From a virus (taxonomy: Duplodnaviria > Caudoviricetes): DNA of 33,154 nt. The notes beneath the pieces are model-generated. The model ran no database searches. It saw nothing but the letters and a program-made list of their open reading frames with translations, and had not been told where the DNA came from. Shown one piece after another: positions 7,096 through 16,009 of the stretch. Position 1 is the first letter of the stretch, and every line of letters begins with the position of its first letter. The stretch lies in IMG/VR virus record IMGVR_UViG_3300046718_000614, positions 1 through 33,154 of that record; one strand, written 5' to 3'. A program made the translations under genes and the position numbers.

Positions 7096-7572
7096 ATGCG
7101 CCTCCTCGGAGTCGATCCAGGGTTGCAGGGTGCTTTGGCGTTCTATGACATAGAGTTAGCCTCGCTTTTGCTAATCGATATGCCAATCATACGAACTCGT
7201 AATAAGACACAGCTTATAGACGCCGAGATCGTGTCCTCGATCCGTTCTATGCGGCCGGATGCCGCGGTCGTGGAGCTCGTCCACGCCATGCCCAAACAGG
7301 GTGTCACCAGCACGTTTAACTTTGGCGTCGGCTTTGGCGTCCTGCGCGGCGTCCTGGCGGCCTTAGACATTCCGGTGTCTTTTCTGACGCCGCAGGAGTG
7401 GCGTCGTGTCGTCCACGTGCAGGGCATCGCGGGAGACAAAGGTGCGTCGCGGCTGCGAGCCATGCAGCTATTCCCCAAGCAAAGCGAGCAGTTTGCGCGG
7501 GTCAAGGATCATGGCCGGGCCGATGCGGCATTGATCGCCTATGCGTTTTTGACCTTACACAAGCAGCTTTAA
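7096..7572 (+). CDS. RuvC-like Holliday junction resolvase
   Basis: LGVDPG, AVVE, PKQGVTSTFNFG, PQEW and GRADAALIA motifs; ATG at 7096. Confidence 0.88.
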   Translation: MRLLGVDPGLQGALAFYDIELASLLLIDMPIIRTRNKTQLIDAEIVSSIRSMRPDAAVVELVHAMPKQGVTSTFNFGVGFGVLRGVLAALDIPVSFLTPQEWRRVVHVQGIAGDKGASRLRAMQLFPKQSEQFARVKDHGRADAALIAYAFLTLHKQL

Positions 7573-7803
7573 GCACACACCGATGCCGCCCCTGCGTGTG
7601 TCCCCGACATCGAGAAAGATAATCCCGGCGTCCTCGAACGCCCGTTGCAGCCGCAACAGATTGTCCGCTCGCATCGAGCTTACGCCGCGGGTCGCCTCGG
7701 CACGTTGGATCGACGACGTGCTGAGCCCCGATCGTCCTGCCAACTCCGCACCGGTCCATCCAAGTAGGCCGCGGGCTGCACGTATCTGGGCGCCGGTAAT
7801 CAT
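7555..7803 (-). CDS. Small XRE HTH regulator
   Basis: AQIRAARGLLGWTGAELA...SIQRAE...AFEDAGIIFL...GIGV, a pattern common in alphaproteobacterial XRE proteins. Confidence 0.85.
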   Translation of the reverse strand: MITGAQIRAARGLLGWTGAELAGRSGLSTSSIQRAEATRGVSSMRADNLLRLQRAFEDAGIIFLDVGDTRRGGIGVCLKLLV

Positions 7804-7970
7804 ACGCGGCTGATTTCAACAGGTTCGGTAGGCGGCGCAACGCAATTGGGTTTTTAACATCAAGCTCGGGTATTTTACGCCATATAGCGTGACGCTACAT
7901 ACCGCGTTTGTGATTGATAAAGGGCGACCTTAAAGGTTGGTAATACCGGTTGCGTACATTAAATACACGC

Positions 7971-7999
7971 TTGACGTAATCCCGTCGCAGTGCTGTCAT
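7971..7999 (+). promoter_or_regulatory. Putative promoter of the replication operon
   Basis: TTGACG, 17-nt spacer, TGTCAT in an AT-richer intergenic region upstream of the helicase. Confidence 0.4.
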
Positions 8000-8028
8000 G
8001 CGGTGTCGTATCAAACACGGCCAACCAA

Positions 8029-9459
8029 ATGACAGCAGCCCTGGCCCTTCGCCAGCGGCGGTCTACCGCCGCCGCCACCAACCCCGCCGTCGCGGCGCTG
8101 CGTGTTTACCAACACGAAGCGATCGATTGGTTGCTGAACACGACATCGCTCAACCATAACCGGTTCCTGGTACTCGACCCCGGTCTTGGCAAGACCGCGA
8201 TCGCCATCCGCGCGGCCTATCTCGCGGGAGCACAAAACGTTCTGGTGATCTGCCCGGCCATCGCCCGCATCATCTGGGCGGCCGAGCTTATTAAATGGTG
8301 GCCCACCGACAACATCTTGATCCCCGAGTTGCTCGTCGTGCAACCTGGCACCAGTATCCGCCGCCCGGTCCCGAGACCTGGCTGGACGGTGATCGCCTAC
8401 TCGAACCTCTCGATCACCAGCGACCCCTGGCTCCGACGTCTCGCCAAACTCGACTGGGACGTCGTTATCATCGACGAGTGTCAGTATCTCAAGGGGGCCA
8501 GCAACCGCACCCATGCGGTCTATGGCGGTCGCTTAGATGCTCCAATCGGTTCCCTGGCAGGAACCACCAACAAGGTCTGGTTGCTGTCGGGCACACCCGC
8601 CCCGAACCATGCGGGAGAGCTCTACCCCCATCTCAAAGCGCTTTTCCGTGAGGCACTGCCGGCGGCAGTGCGAACCGTGTTCGAGTTCGAGAACCGCTTT
8701 TGCAACGTCCAGGACACGGTCTATGGCCGGCGGATTACGGGATCGAAGATCAGCGCAATCCCCGAGCTCCGTGACCGGCTGCGTCCCCATGTCTTCAGGC
8801 GTCGACGCGAGGACGTGCTGACCGATCTGCCGCCCTTAGCCTTCTACGATACGCCGATCGATGCCGAGAACACCCTGCCTCTCCCTCTGGGCACGGCCAC
8901 ACTCGATAATCCGGATGATGATGACCAGCTGATCGCAGGGCTCCAACGCAACGAAGCTGCACTGGCGACCGGGCGGCGCGCTCTTGGTGAGAGCAAGATC
9001 GCTGCAAGCGCAGCATTCTGCGAGGAAACCCTCCTCCAGATGGCGCCCAACCACCAAAAACTCGTAGTTTTCGCCTATCACCGCAGCGTGATCCGTGGTC
9101 TGGCGGCCGAGCTCAGTGAGTTTGCCCCCGTTGTCATCGACGGGTCCACGTCCCAGCGTGACCGCGAAATAGCCATCACCCGCTTTCAGCAGGACGTGAG
9201 CAGAACCCAAATCCTGATCGGTCAGATCCAGGCGGCCGGCACGGCCATCACCCTCACCGCGGCGCATACCGCGGTCTTTGTCGAGACCTCTTGGGTTCCG
9301 GCCGAGAACTATCAAGCCGCCTTGCGCATCCACCGCCTTGGCCAGGCCAACGCCTGCACCATTCATTTTCTTTACGTCCCCGGCTCGCTCGATCACCGGA
9401 TCATGCGCGCCTATCGAAGAAAGGCCAGTGAACTCAGCCATTTGTTTGAGCACTTTTAA
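8029..9459 (+). CDS. SNF2-family helicase
   Basis: LRVYQ, DPGLGKT, IIDECQ, LSGTP and QAALRIHRLGQ motifs; start uncertain (7990 or 8029). Confidence 0.92.
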   Translation: MTAALALRQRRSTAAATNPAVAALRVYQHEAIDWLLNTTSLNHNRFLVLDPGLGKTAIAIRAAYLAGAQNVLVICPAIARIIWAAELIKWWPTDNILIPELLVVQPGTSIRRPVPRPGWTVIAYSNLSITSDPWLRRLAKLDWDVVIIDECQYLKGASNRTHAVYGGRLDAPIGSLAGTTNKVWLLSGTPAPNHAGELYPHLKALFREALPAAVRTVFEFENRFCNVQDTVYGRRITGSKISAIPELRDRLRPHVFRRRREDVLTDLPPLAFYDTPIDAENTLPLPLGTATLDNPDDDDQLIAGLQRNEAALATGRRALGESKIAASAAFCEETLLQMAPNHQKLVVFAYHRSVIRGLAAELSEFAPVVIDGSTSQRDREIAITRFQQDVSRTQILIGQIQAAGTAITLTAAHTAVFVETSWVPAENYQAALRIHRLGQANACTIHFLYVPGSLDHRIMRAYRRKASELSHLFEHF

Positions 9460-9528
9460 CCCCCTCGCCTGACAGATGGGCTCGGCCCGAGTGATGGTGA
9501 AGAAGAACACCCCGACAGGGAGGCAGTT

Positions 9529-10005
9529 TTGATAAATATCACGTTTGGTGGTGAAACCCTTGACGAGGCCAAGGAAGACTTCTGTCGCATAGGACGCGGT
9601 CTTTTTAACCTGGAGATTAGCGAAACCTCCGCTGGCACTGCCGGCGGTAACGGTCTCGACACTGCCGAGATCGAGCCGCCAACACCGACCCGTCGCCGCC
9701 GTGGTCGCGAGGCCGCGGCAGCTGGTGCTGCCGCGCCGCCGGAGGCCGAGCCGGAAGCCGAAAACCTCGATCCCGGCGATCTGCGCACCAAGGTCATCGA
9801 CCTCCTCCAGCAGTGCTATCGCCACAACAAGATCGGCGCCAGCAAGGTGGTCGACCTCCAGAAGCAATATGACGTCAAGCGTTTCGCCGAGGTCCCCGAC
9901 GCCAAGCTGGCCAAACTCTACGACCAGGCGAAAGCCCTCTGGGCCGAGCTTAATGGCGCGGCAGCACCAGCTGCCGCAGCCGCGGCTGACACCGGGCCCT
10001 TCTGA
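9529..10005 (+). CDS. Hypothetical phage replication-module protein
   Basis: TTG with GGAGG upstream; Ala/Pro/Glu linker and helical C-domain; TGATG-coupled to the nuclease gene. Confidence 0.75.
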   Translation: MINITFGGETLDEAKEDFCRIGRGLFNLEISETSAGTAGGNGLDTAEIEPPTPTRRRRGREAAAAGAAAPPEAEPEAENLDPGDLRTKVIDLLQQCYRHNKIGASKVVDLQKQYDVKRFAEVPDAKLAKLYDQAKALWAELNGAAAPAAAAAADTGPF

Positions 10006-11189
10006 TGGCGGTTGCGCACTCTCTTTTAGGTGCGTCCTCCGCGTCTCGGTGGATGACGTGCCCTGGTAGTTTTCGCGTAGCGAAAGCCGTGACCGACCCC
10101 GCGGGCTCATCCCGTTGGGCGGCCCAGGGCACCGTCGCCCACACCGTCGGCGAGCACTTGCTGACCCACGGCGGTCCGATCGACCAGTTTCTCGGTCAGA
10201 CCCTCTACCATGACGGCCACGCCATCCTCGTCGACCAGGAGATGGTCGAAGCGGTCGAGATCTACCTCAACACCGTGCAGCCGATCGTTGCCGAGGCTGA
10301 CGTCTGGGCGGCCGAGCAGCAAGTGAACCTAGCCAGCTATTGGTATCCCGCCCCCACCCCGGTCGATCTCTTCGGGACGTGCGATCTCCTGGCCTACAGC
10401 CGTCGTCGCCGCCGGCTGACCATCGTCGACTACAAGAACGGTGCCGGTGTCTACGTCTCGCATCTCGACAATCTCCAAATGCTCTACTACGCGGCGGGTG
10501 GCCTGGCAGCGCTTCAAGCTTGGGACCCCAAAGCCGACCCGCTTGAGGTCGAGATGATTATCGTGCAGCCCCGCGTCCCGGGCCGTGAGGCCGTGCGCAG
10601 CTACGTCCTGCCGGTGATCGATATCCTCTTGTGGGTCGAAACCGAACTTAAACCAGCCGTGGCGGCCACCCAGCAAGACGACGCCAAGCTCATCATGGGC
10701 GACCACTGCCGGTGGTGCCCCGGCCGGGTGATCTGCCCGGCCTTGCAGGCGGCTAAGCTGCGCGCCACCCAGCGCGCCTTTAGCCCGATCGCCGACGATA
10801 CTCTCACCGACGCCACCCCGGCCGAGCTCAGCGATTATCTTGACGACGCCGAGCGGTTGGAGGTGTGGATCCAGGGGGTGCGTGAGCTCGCCCAGCAGCG
10901 CATCGAGGACGGTACTCCCGTACCGGGCTGGGGTCTCGTCCCGACACGTCCCAGACGCGTCTGGGTCGACGAGAGCCAGGTCGAAACCCTCTTACGGTCG
11001 AATGGCGCCAACGATATCTGGGAGAAGCCCAAGCTGCGCTCTCCATCACAGATGGAGAAGCATGTCGGCACCCGCTCCTGGCGTGAGCTTCAGCCGCTGA
11101 TCGAGGCACGCTCGTCGGGCGTGAAGCTCGACCGTCAGACCCAACTGATCGATCCGTTTGAACGGATCGACGAAAAGGACGCGGCATGA
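10005..11189 (+). CDS. DUF2800-type PD-(D/E)xK, Cas4-like exonuclease
   Basis: HSLLGASSASRWMTCPGS, GTVAH, FGTCD, IVDYKNG, QMLYYA and CRWCP..IC motifs. Confidence 0.88.
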   Translation: MAVAHSLLGASSASRWMTCPGSFRVAKAVTDPAGSSRWAAQGTVAHTVGEHLLTHGGPIDQFLGQTLYHDGHAILVDQEMVEAVEIYLNTVQPIVAEADVWAAEQQVNLASYWYPAPTPVDLFGTCDLLAYSRRRRRLTIVDYKNGAGVYVSHLDNLQMLYYAAGGLAALQAWDPKADPLEVEMIIVQPRVPGREAVRSYVLPVIDILLWVETELKPAVAATQQDDAKLIMGDHCRWCPGRVICPALQAAKLRATQRAFSPIADDTLTDATPAELSDYLDDAERLEVWIQGVRELAQQRIEDGTPVPGWGLVPTRPRRVWVDESQVETLLRSNGANDIWEKPKLRSPSQMEKHVGTRSWRELQPLIEARSSGVKLDRQTQLIDPFERIDEKDAA

Positions 11190-11437
11190 AAGCGGCCCCG
11201 AACATCACGGCGGATAGGGAGCTTATTCGTCACGGTGCCGAATTGATGCGGGAAGGCAACACCGCTGAATACAGCAAGGGCTACGCTGCGGGCTATGAAG
11301 CAGCGTCCGTAAACGTGCGGCAGGCGTTGCGTAAAATTTTAGCCCCGTGGATTGGTGGAAACATCGGCTTTGACGAGTGGTGTATCGAGGTTGATCGCTG
11401 TTTCCCCGATCATAACGTCGAACTGGACGAGCTATGA
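11186..11437 (+). CDS. Hypothetical protein (83 aa)
   Basis: ATGA-coupled at both ends; GYAAGY motif. Confidence 0.65.
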   Translation: MKAAPNITADRELIRHGAELMREGNTAEYSKGYAAGYEAASVNVRQALRKILAPWIGGNIGFDEWCIEVDRCFPDHNVELDEL

Positions 11438-11745
11438 AAGCCGCGAAGATCTGCACCAAGGCCGGCGAGCTCGTCAGGGGAGATCGTGCCGCTCTTCACG
11501 GTGACAAGGCGATCAACCTTCAGAACATCGCGCACATTTGGAACGCCATTCTTGTTGCCAAAACGGTTCGGGATGGCCATCGCGGGCTCAACGCCCTCGA
11601 TGTCGCCAATATGCTTGAAGCCCTCAAGATCGCACGGCGATACGCCGGCTCTCATAACATCGACGATTATATCGACGGCGCCGGCTATGCCGGCTGCGCC
11701 GGGGAGATCGCCAGCACCTTATCAACGTCCCCCGTGAAACCGTAA
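11434..11745 (+). CDS. DUF6378-like protein (nucleotide pyrophosphohydrolase-type helical fold)
   Basis: DR..HG...N...IA..WN, DVANMLEALKIAR and DDYIDGAGYA motifs. Confidence 0.8.
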   Translation: MKAAKICTKAGELVRGDRAALHGDKAINLQNIAHIWNAILVAKTVRDGHRGLNALDVANMLEALKIARRYAGSHNIDDYIDGAGYAGCAGEIASTLSTSPVKP

Positions 11746-11761
11746 ACCGAGGAACCGACAG

Positions 11762-12385
11762 ATGGTTAATGTTGTCCAGACCCCCACCGGTATTCTCTCC
11801 TACCCGCACTTCTTCAAGCCACGCCCGGTCGTCGAGGGCGGCCAGCCGCGCTATTCGGCCAACTTGATCTTTGATGAGGTCACCCAGAAGGATCCGGCCT
11901 ATCTCGCGCTGCGCAAGCTCGCCAACCAGGCCGCGGTCGATTTCTTTGGTGATAAGATGAAGGACCCGCGCTTTGTGGCGCGTCTGCGCAAGCCGTTCCG
12001 CGAGTGTGCCGATAAGGCCGGTGTCGCCGGCTACGACGTCCCCAACGGCAGCTTTATCGCGGCCTGGTCGAGCCAGCCGGTCAAGATCGTCGGCCCCGAC
12101 ACCCACGAGATCACCGTCCCCGGGGACGTCTTCCCGGGCCAGCGGGCCCGCTTTCAGGTCTCTGCCTTTGCCTATGACCAGGGCGGCAATATCGGTGTCA
12201 GCTTTGGCCTGCAAGGGGTGCAGATCACCCGCCGCAACATGCCGCGGCTGGATGGCCGCGCCACCCTGCCTTGGGATCGTTCGAGCGAGGAGGATGACGA
12301 CAATGCCGACGCTTTCGGGAACACCCCGGCCACCGCCGGAGCCGACGACATCCCGTTCTGGCAGCCTCTCGTCATCGCTGCCTGA
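11762..12385 (+). CDS. ssDNA-binding protein (DUF2815 / gp2.5-like)
   Basis: LSYPHFFKP, RYSANLIF, GVSFGLQGVQ and acidic tail EEDDD...DDIPF; GAGG upstream. Confidence 0.88.
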   Translation: MVNVVQTPTGILSYPHFFKPRPVVEGGQPRYSANLIFDEVTQKDPAYLALRKLANQAAVDFFGDKMKDPRFVARLRKPFRECADKAGVAGYDVPNGSFIAAWSSQPVKIVGPDTHEITVPGDVFPGQRARFQVSAFAYDQGGNIGVSFGLQGVQITRRNMPRLDGRATLPWDRSSEEDDDNADAFGNTPATAGADDIPFWQPLVIAA

Positions 12386-12557
12386 CTACGACGAGGTTAT
12401 CCACGAGGCATGTTGGCTGCTCGACCGGGCGATCAACGATCACCGCAGGGCGCAGCTGGAGGCCGAGGGGCAGCTATCGCGGAATGCGACCTACTACACC
12501 CCTCACGAGCGTTGGGGGTTCATCAAAGAAGCCAGGCGCCTCCTGGCGGGGTTGTGA
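12378..12557 (+). CDS. Small hypothetical protein, start unresolved
   Basis: Protein-like frame DYDEVIHEACWLLDRAINDHRR...EARRLLAGL fills the gap and is coupled to the next GTG; only a CTG start is visible. Confidence 0.4.
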   Translation: MPDYDEVIHEACWLLDRAINDHRRAQLEAEGQLSRNATYYTPHERWGFIKEARRLLAGL

Positions 12558-12868
12558 TCCCGGCGATGCTCGATCTCTTCGCGCCGACCTACGCCGACCT
12601 CCCCGCCGGTCTCTGCCGGAGCCTCCTCAAGGCCCCCGCGGCCGGCGGGTTGACGCTGCGCGAGGCGATCATCATGCACTGCGTCCTGGTGGCACCCGAG
12701 CCGCCCACAGTCGGGGATATCGCCCGGCTGATCCACGCCCCCCAACCCAGTGTCACCCGCAGTGTAAACCGCCTAGCGGAGCTAGGTTTTGTTCGTCGCC
12801 AGGCGCGGGCCGCGTACAACCGCCGCGGTCTCGTGCCAACGCTTAAAGGCCAAGAGCTCCTGCAATGA
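12554..12868 (+). CDS. MarR-like winged-helix regulator
   Basis: LTLRE...TVGDIARLIHAPQPSVTRSVNRLAELGFVRR...TLKG. Confidence 0.8.
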   Translation: MIPAMLDLFAPTYADLPAGLCRSLLKAPAAGGLTLREAIIMHCVLVAPEPPTVGDIARLIHAPQPSVTRSVNRLAELGFVRRQARAAYNRRGLVPTLKGQELLQ

Positions 12869-13182
12869 GTGAAATGAGTAAGGTGAAACCGGATGCGCTG
12901 CAAGCCGCCCGCTCCCTGCGCAGTATTGAGGTCGAGTTGCCGGATGGCTGGAAAGTTCAACGTATTATTACAGAGTGGGGCTTAGGCCGCATTGCAGCGG
13001 TTATCGATGCTTTTGCCGCCGAGGCGGTCGCGGCCGAGCGCGAGCGCATAGCGCAGCGGGTCAGTGAGAGAGAAATCGTGCGGCTTAGTGTTGGCCGCGA
13101 TCCGCTCGTGGAAGTGAACGAGATCATCCAAGACCTCGCGCACGACATCGCGACTGACTGGGAAGATTATGTTGATGAGTGA
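12865..13182 (+). CDS. Hypothetical protein (105 aa)
   Basis: ATGA-coupled; AVAAERERIA helix typical of small phage ORFs. Confidence 0.65.
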   Translation: MSEMSKVKPDALQAARSLRSIEVELPDGWKVQRIITEWGLGRIAAVIDAFAAEAVAAERERIAQRVSEREIVRLSVGRDPLVEVNEIIQDLAHDIATDWEDYVDE

Positions 13183-13185
13183 GTT

Positions 13186-15117
13186 TTGCACCGCTGCGTG
13201 ATCGACATCGAGACCGGCTCGCTGGCCGATCTCCCCAAGGTCGGGGTCGACGCCTATGCCGAAGACCCGTCAACGCGCGTCCTGTGCCTGGCCTACCAGT
13301 TTGACGACGACCCGATCGAGGTTTGGTATCCGGGGCAGCCGGTCCCCCGCATCAATCACCCTGGCACTACCTACGTTGCCCACAACGCGGCGTTCGAGAT
13401 CGCCATCTGGCGGCATGTGCTGACTGGCTACGGCTGGGGCGACTGCCCGCCAGCGCATCAATGGTCGTGCACGATGGCCCGATCGCAGTATCATGGTCTG
13501 CCGGCGGCGTTGGACGACGTTGCCCTTGCGCTCCGCTTTCCCCCCTCCATGCGCAAAGACGCCGCCGGCAGGCGCGTGATGATGCAGTTGATGCGCCCGC
13601 GCAGCCTCTACCCGACGCCGCGCTGGTGGCACGAGGATGCCCCGGCCAAGTTCGATGCCCTCTGCCGCTACTGTGTTCGGGACGTGGAGATCGAGGCCAA
13701 GCTCGATCGCATGCTCCCCAAGCTGCCGACTACCGAGTTCCATCTCTGGCTCATCAACCACGCGATGAACATGCGCGGCGTGCTCTTGGACACCGATCTG
13801 ATCGATCGCATGCAGCTGATTGTCGACAGCGAAACATCGCGCCTCAATACCGAGCTCGCCGGGGTCACCGCCGGGCGGCTGCAATCGATCAACCAGGTCA
13901 CTAAGATCAAGAACTTTCTGGCGGCAGAGTACGACCTGAAGCTCGACGGCCTGGACAAGGATGTCGTGGCCCACGTCCTGGCCACTGATCCCTTTCTCAC
14001 CCCGTTCGCCCAACGCATCCTGGAGATCCGCGCCGAGGCCGCCAAGACGTCGACTGCCAAGCTGGCCGCTATGAAGCGGTCCACCTCCGGCGACGGCTAT
14101 GCCCGTGGCCTGTGGCGCTATTACGGCGCGTCCCGTACTGGCCGTTACAGCGGGCAACGTATCCAACTACAGAACCTCGCCCGGCCGACGATCAAGTCGA
14201 CCGCGGCGGCGATCGACCTCATCCTCAAGGACGAACCCGCCGACGTGCTCAACATGCTGTTCGAGGATACCCCTCTCGGGGTGGTCTCCTCCTGCCTGCG
14301 CGGTTGCATCGTCCCAGAACCGGGTAACCTTTTTGCGGTCGGCGACCTGTCGCAGATCGAGGCCCGCATCGTCGCTTGGCTCGCCGGCCAGCAGGACGTG
14401 CTCGACGTCTACGCTAGTGGCGAGGACGTCTATGTCTGGACGGCCAATCAGGCAGGTTCGACCAATCGCCAGTTAGGTAAAGTTATCCGCTTGGCGCTGG
14501 GTTTTGGCATGGGCTCGACCAAGTTTGTCGAGACCGCGGCGACCTATCAGATCGTCTTGAACGATGTTCAAGCCGCGATGATCGTCGACGACTGGCGGGC
14601 GAGCAGCACCCATATCGTTGAGTTCTGGTACGAGCTCGGCTCCGCGGCAATGGCAGTCGCCACCGGCCGCGACGGCTACCACGAGACCGTGGGCCGCATC
14701 GGCCTCGAACGCCGACGCAAGGCGATGGTGATGCATCTGCCCTCCGGCCGCGAGCTCTTCTACCAATATATCGATTGCCTGTGGGACCCCGACCGCGGTC
14801 GCTTCCGGCTGGTTTACGAAGGGGTCAACCAATACACCAGGCGGTGGGAGCGGATCAGCACCTGGGGCGGCAAGCTCGTTGAGAACGCCACTCAGGCTGT
14901 GGCCCGAGACGTACTGACCGATAGCTTACGAACCCTCTTCAGAACCGGGCTCGACATCGTCGGGACGGTGCACGACGAGCTCATCGTCGAGAGCCCCGCG
15001 GCTCGTGCGGCGTGGGACCTGTCGACCATGCTGACGGTGATGAAGACGACGCCGGCTTGGGCGCCGGGTCTACCGGTCGGGGCCGAGGGGCGAGTGGTTG
15101 CAAGATACGGCAAATAG
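13186..15117 (+). CDS. Family A DNA polymerase with 3'-5' exonuclease
   Basis: Exonuclease motifs DIET, AHNAAFE and YCVRDV; polymerase motifs TGRYSG, DLSQIEAR (A), RQLGKVIRLALGFG (B) and VHDE (C). Confidence 0.95.
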   Translation: MHRCVIDIETGSLADLPKVGVDAYAEDPSTRVLCLAYQFDDDPIEVWYPGQPVPRINHPGTTYVAHNAAFEIAIWRHVLTGYGWGDCPPAHQWSCTMARSQYHGLPAALDDVALALRFPPSMRKDAAGRRVMMQLMRPRSLYPTPRWWHEDAPAKFDALCRYCVRDVEIEAKLDRMLPKLPTTEFHLWLINHAMNMRGVLLDTDLIDRMQLIVDSETSRLNTELAGVTAGRLQSINQVTKIKNFLAAEYDLKLDGLDKDVVAHVLATDPFLTPFAQRILEIRAEAAKTSTAKLAAMKRSTSGDGYARGLWRYYGASRTGRYSGQRIQLQNLARPTIKSTAAAIDLILKDEPADVLNMLFEDTPLGVVSSCLRGCIVPEPGNLFAVGDLSQIEARIVAWLAGQQDVLDVYASGEDVYVWTANQAGSTNRQLGKVIRLALGFGMGSTKFVETAATYQIVLNDVQAAMIVDDWRASSTHIVEFWYELGSAAMAVATGRDGYHETVGRIGLERRRKAMVMHLPSGRELFYQYIDCLWDPDRGRFRLVYEGVNQYTRRWERISTWGGKLVENATQAVARDVLTDSLRTLFRTGLDIVGTVHDELIVESPAARAAWDLSTMLTVMKTTPAWAPGLPVGAEGRVVARYGK

Positions 15118-15127
15118 GAGGGGTTAA

Positions 15128-15445
15128 ATGGGCGAAAGCAAACGCCGTAGTCGAGCACGGCAAGACTGGGAAGCATCAGGGCGAAAACTCGGCGATGCGC
15201 CAGTTGAGGAGCAACACTATGCCCCGATGGTGGCGCTGATACAGGCGGCCGACGAACTGTTCAATGGTAAGATCGGCGGTCCTGATCGCAAGATCGGGAT
15301 CGTGATGATGGTGTTTCCCTTTGAGGGATTTGACGGCCGTTGCAACTATGTCAGCAACGGCGCTAGCCGTGAGGATATCGTGATCCTGATGAAAGAGATG
15401 ATTGCGCGGTTTGAGGGTCAGCCCGAGATGACGGGTCGTGCATGA
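15128..15445 (+). CDS. Hypothetical phage protein (105 aa)
   Basis: GGAGG upstream; globular composition; coupled to the next ORF. Confidence 0.75.
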   Translation: MGESKRRSRARQDWEASGRKLGDAPVEEQHYAPMVALIQAADELFNGKIGGPDRKIGIVMMVFPFEGFDGRCNYVSNGASREDIVILMKEMIARFEGQPEMTGRA

Positions 15446-15810
15446 GGGCTGACTGGTCGCATATCGAGAAATACCGGATTATCAAACCGGGTCATCGGTA
15501 CTGGAGTATCAAAGGTGATCCTTTTGGCGCGTTCATTGTCCAGAAGCCGACCGGGCTGCTACGCATCATCGCGTCGGCTGGCGACGAGACGATGCCGTGG
15601 GAGCACGTCAGCGTCAGCCTGGAGGACCGCTGCCCAACCTGGGCCGAGATGAGCTTCGTCAAAAGCCTCTTCTGGGGACCCGGCGAAACTGTCATGCAAC
15701 TCCATGTGCCTGATGTCGATCACAAGAACCATCACCCGTTCACATTGCATTTGTGGAGGCCGCTTAACGCGGATATCCCGCGCCCGCCAAATATCGCGGT
15801 AGCACCATGA
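15442..15810 (+). CDS. Conserved hypothetical phage protein (WEHVSVS...CPTW...LHLW type)
   Basis: ATGA coupling; His/Trp-rich motifs familiar from phage ORFs. Confidence 0.78.
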   Translation: MRADWSHIEKYRIIKPGHRYWSIKGDPFGAFIVQKPTGLLRIIASAGDETMPWEHVSVSLEDRCPTWAEMSFVKSLFWGPGETVMQLHVPDVDHKNHHPFTLHLWRPLNADIPRPPNIAVAP

Positions 15811-15878
15811 CGAAATGAGCTAAACGTAAGATGCCGACCAGGAATGGCCTGGCCGGCATCCACGAGAGGAGGACTGTG

Positions 15879-15956
15879 ATGCTAGCACATCGCAAGCTCC
15901 TGGTTTTGATAGTGGTCATTCTTGGCTTTCGGGTCAAGCTGATCGTCTACCGATAA
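15879..15956 (+). CDS. 25-aa hydrophobic, cationic peptide MLAHRKLLVLIVVILGFRVKLIVYR
   Basis: Strong RBS GAGAGGAGGA (15864-15873); GTG/ATG start; hairpins on both sides; below the ORF track size cutoff. Confidence 0.55.
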   Translation: MLAHRKLLVLIVVILGFRVKLIVYR

Positions 15957-15957
15957 C

Positions 15958-16004
15958 AGGGGGGAACTGGCCGGGTCCAAACCGGTCGGTTCCTCCCCTC
16001 GTTT
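15958..16004 (+). terminator. Long GC-rich hairpin with short T-run
   Basis: AGGGGGGAACTGGCCGG / CCGGTCGGTTCCTCCCCT; G-U pairs favour the + strand; followed by CGTTT. Confidence 0.6.
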
Positions 16005-16009
16005 AAGCC

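Noticed and set aside
8836-10110. Long antisense ORFs (424 aa here; also 1060-2007, 19218-20180, 26668-27783, 29839-30843)
   Set aside because: Shadow frames opposite well-supported genes in high-GC DNA, with no recognisable motifs
10005-11189. CRISPR-associated Cas4
   Set aside because: No other cas genes or array; it sits in the usual phage nuclease-SSB-polymerase context
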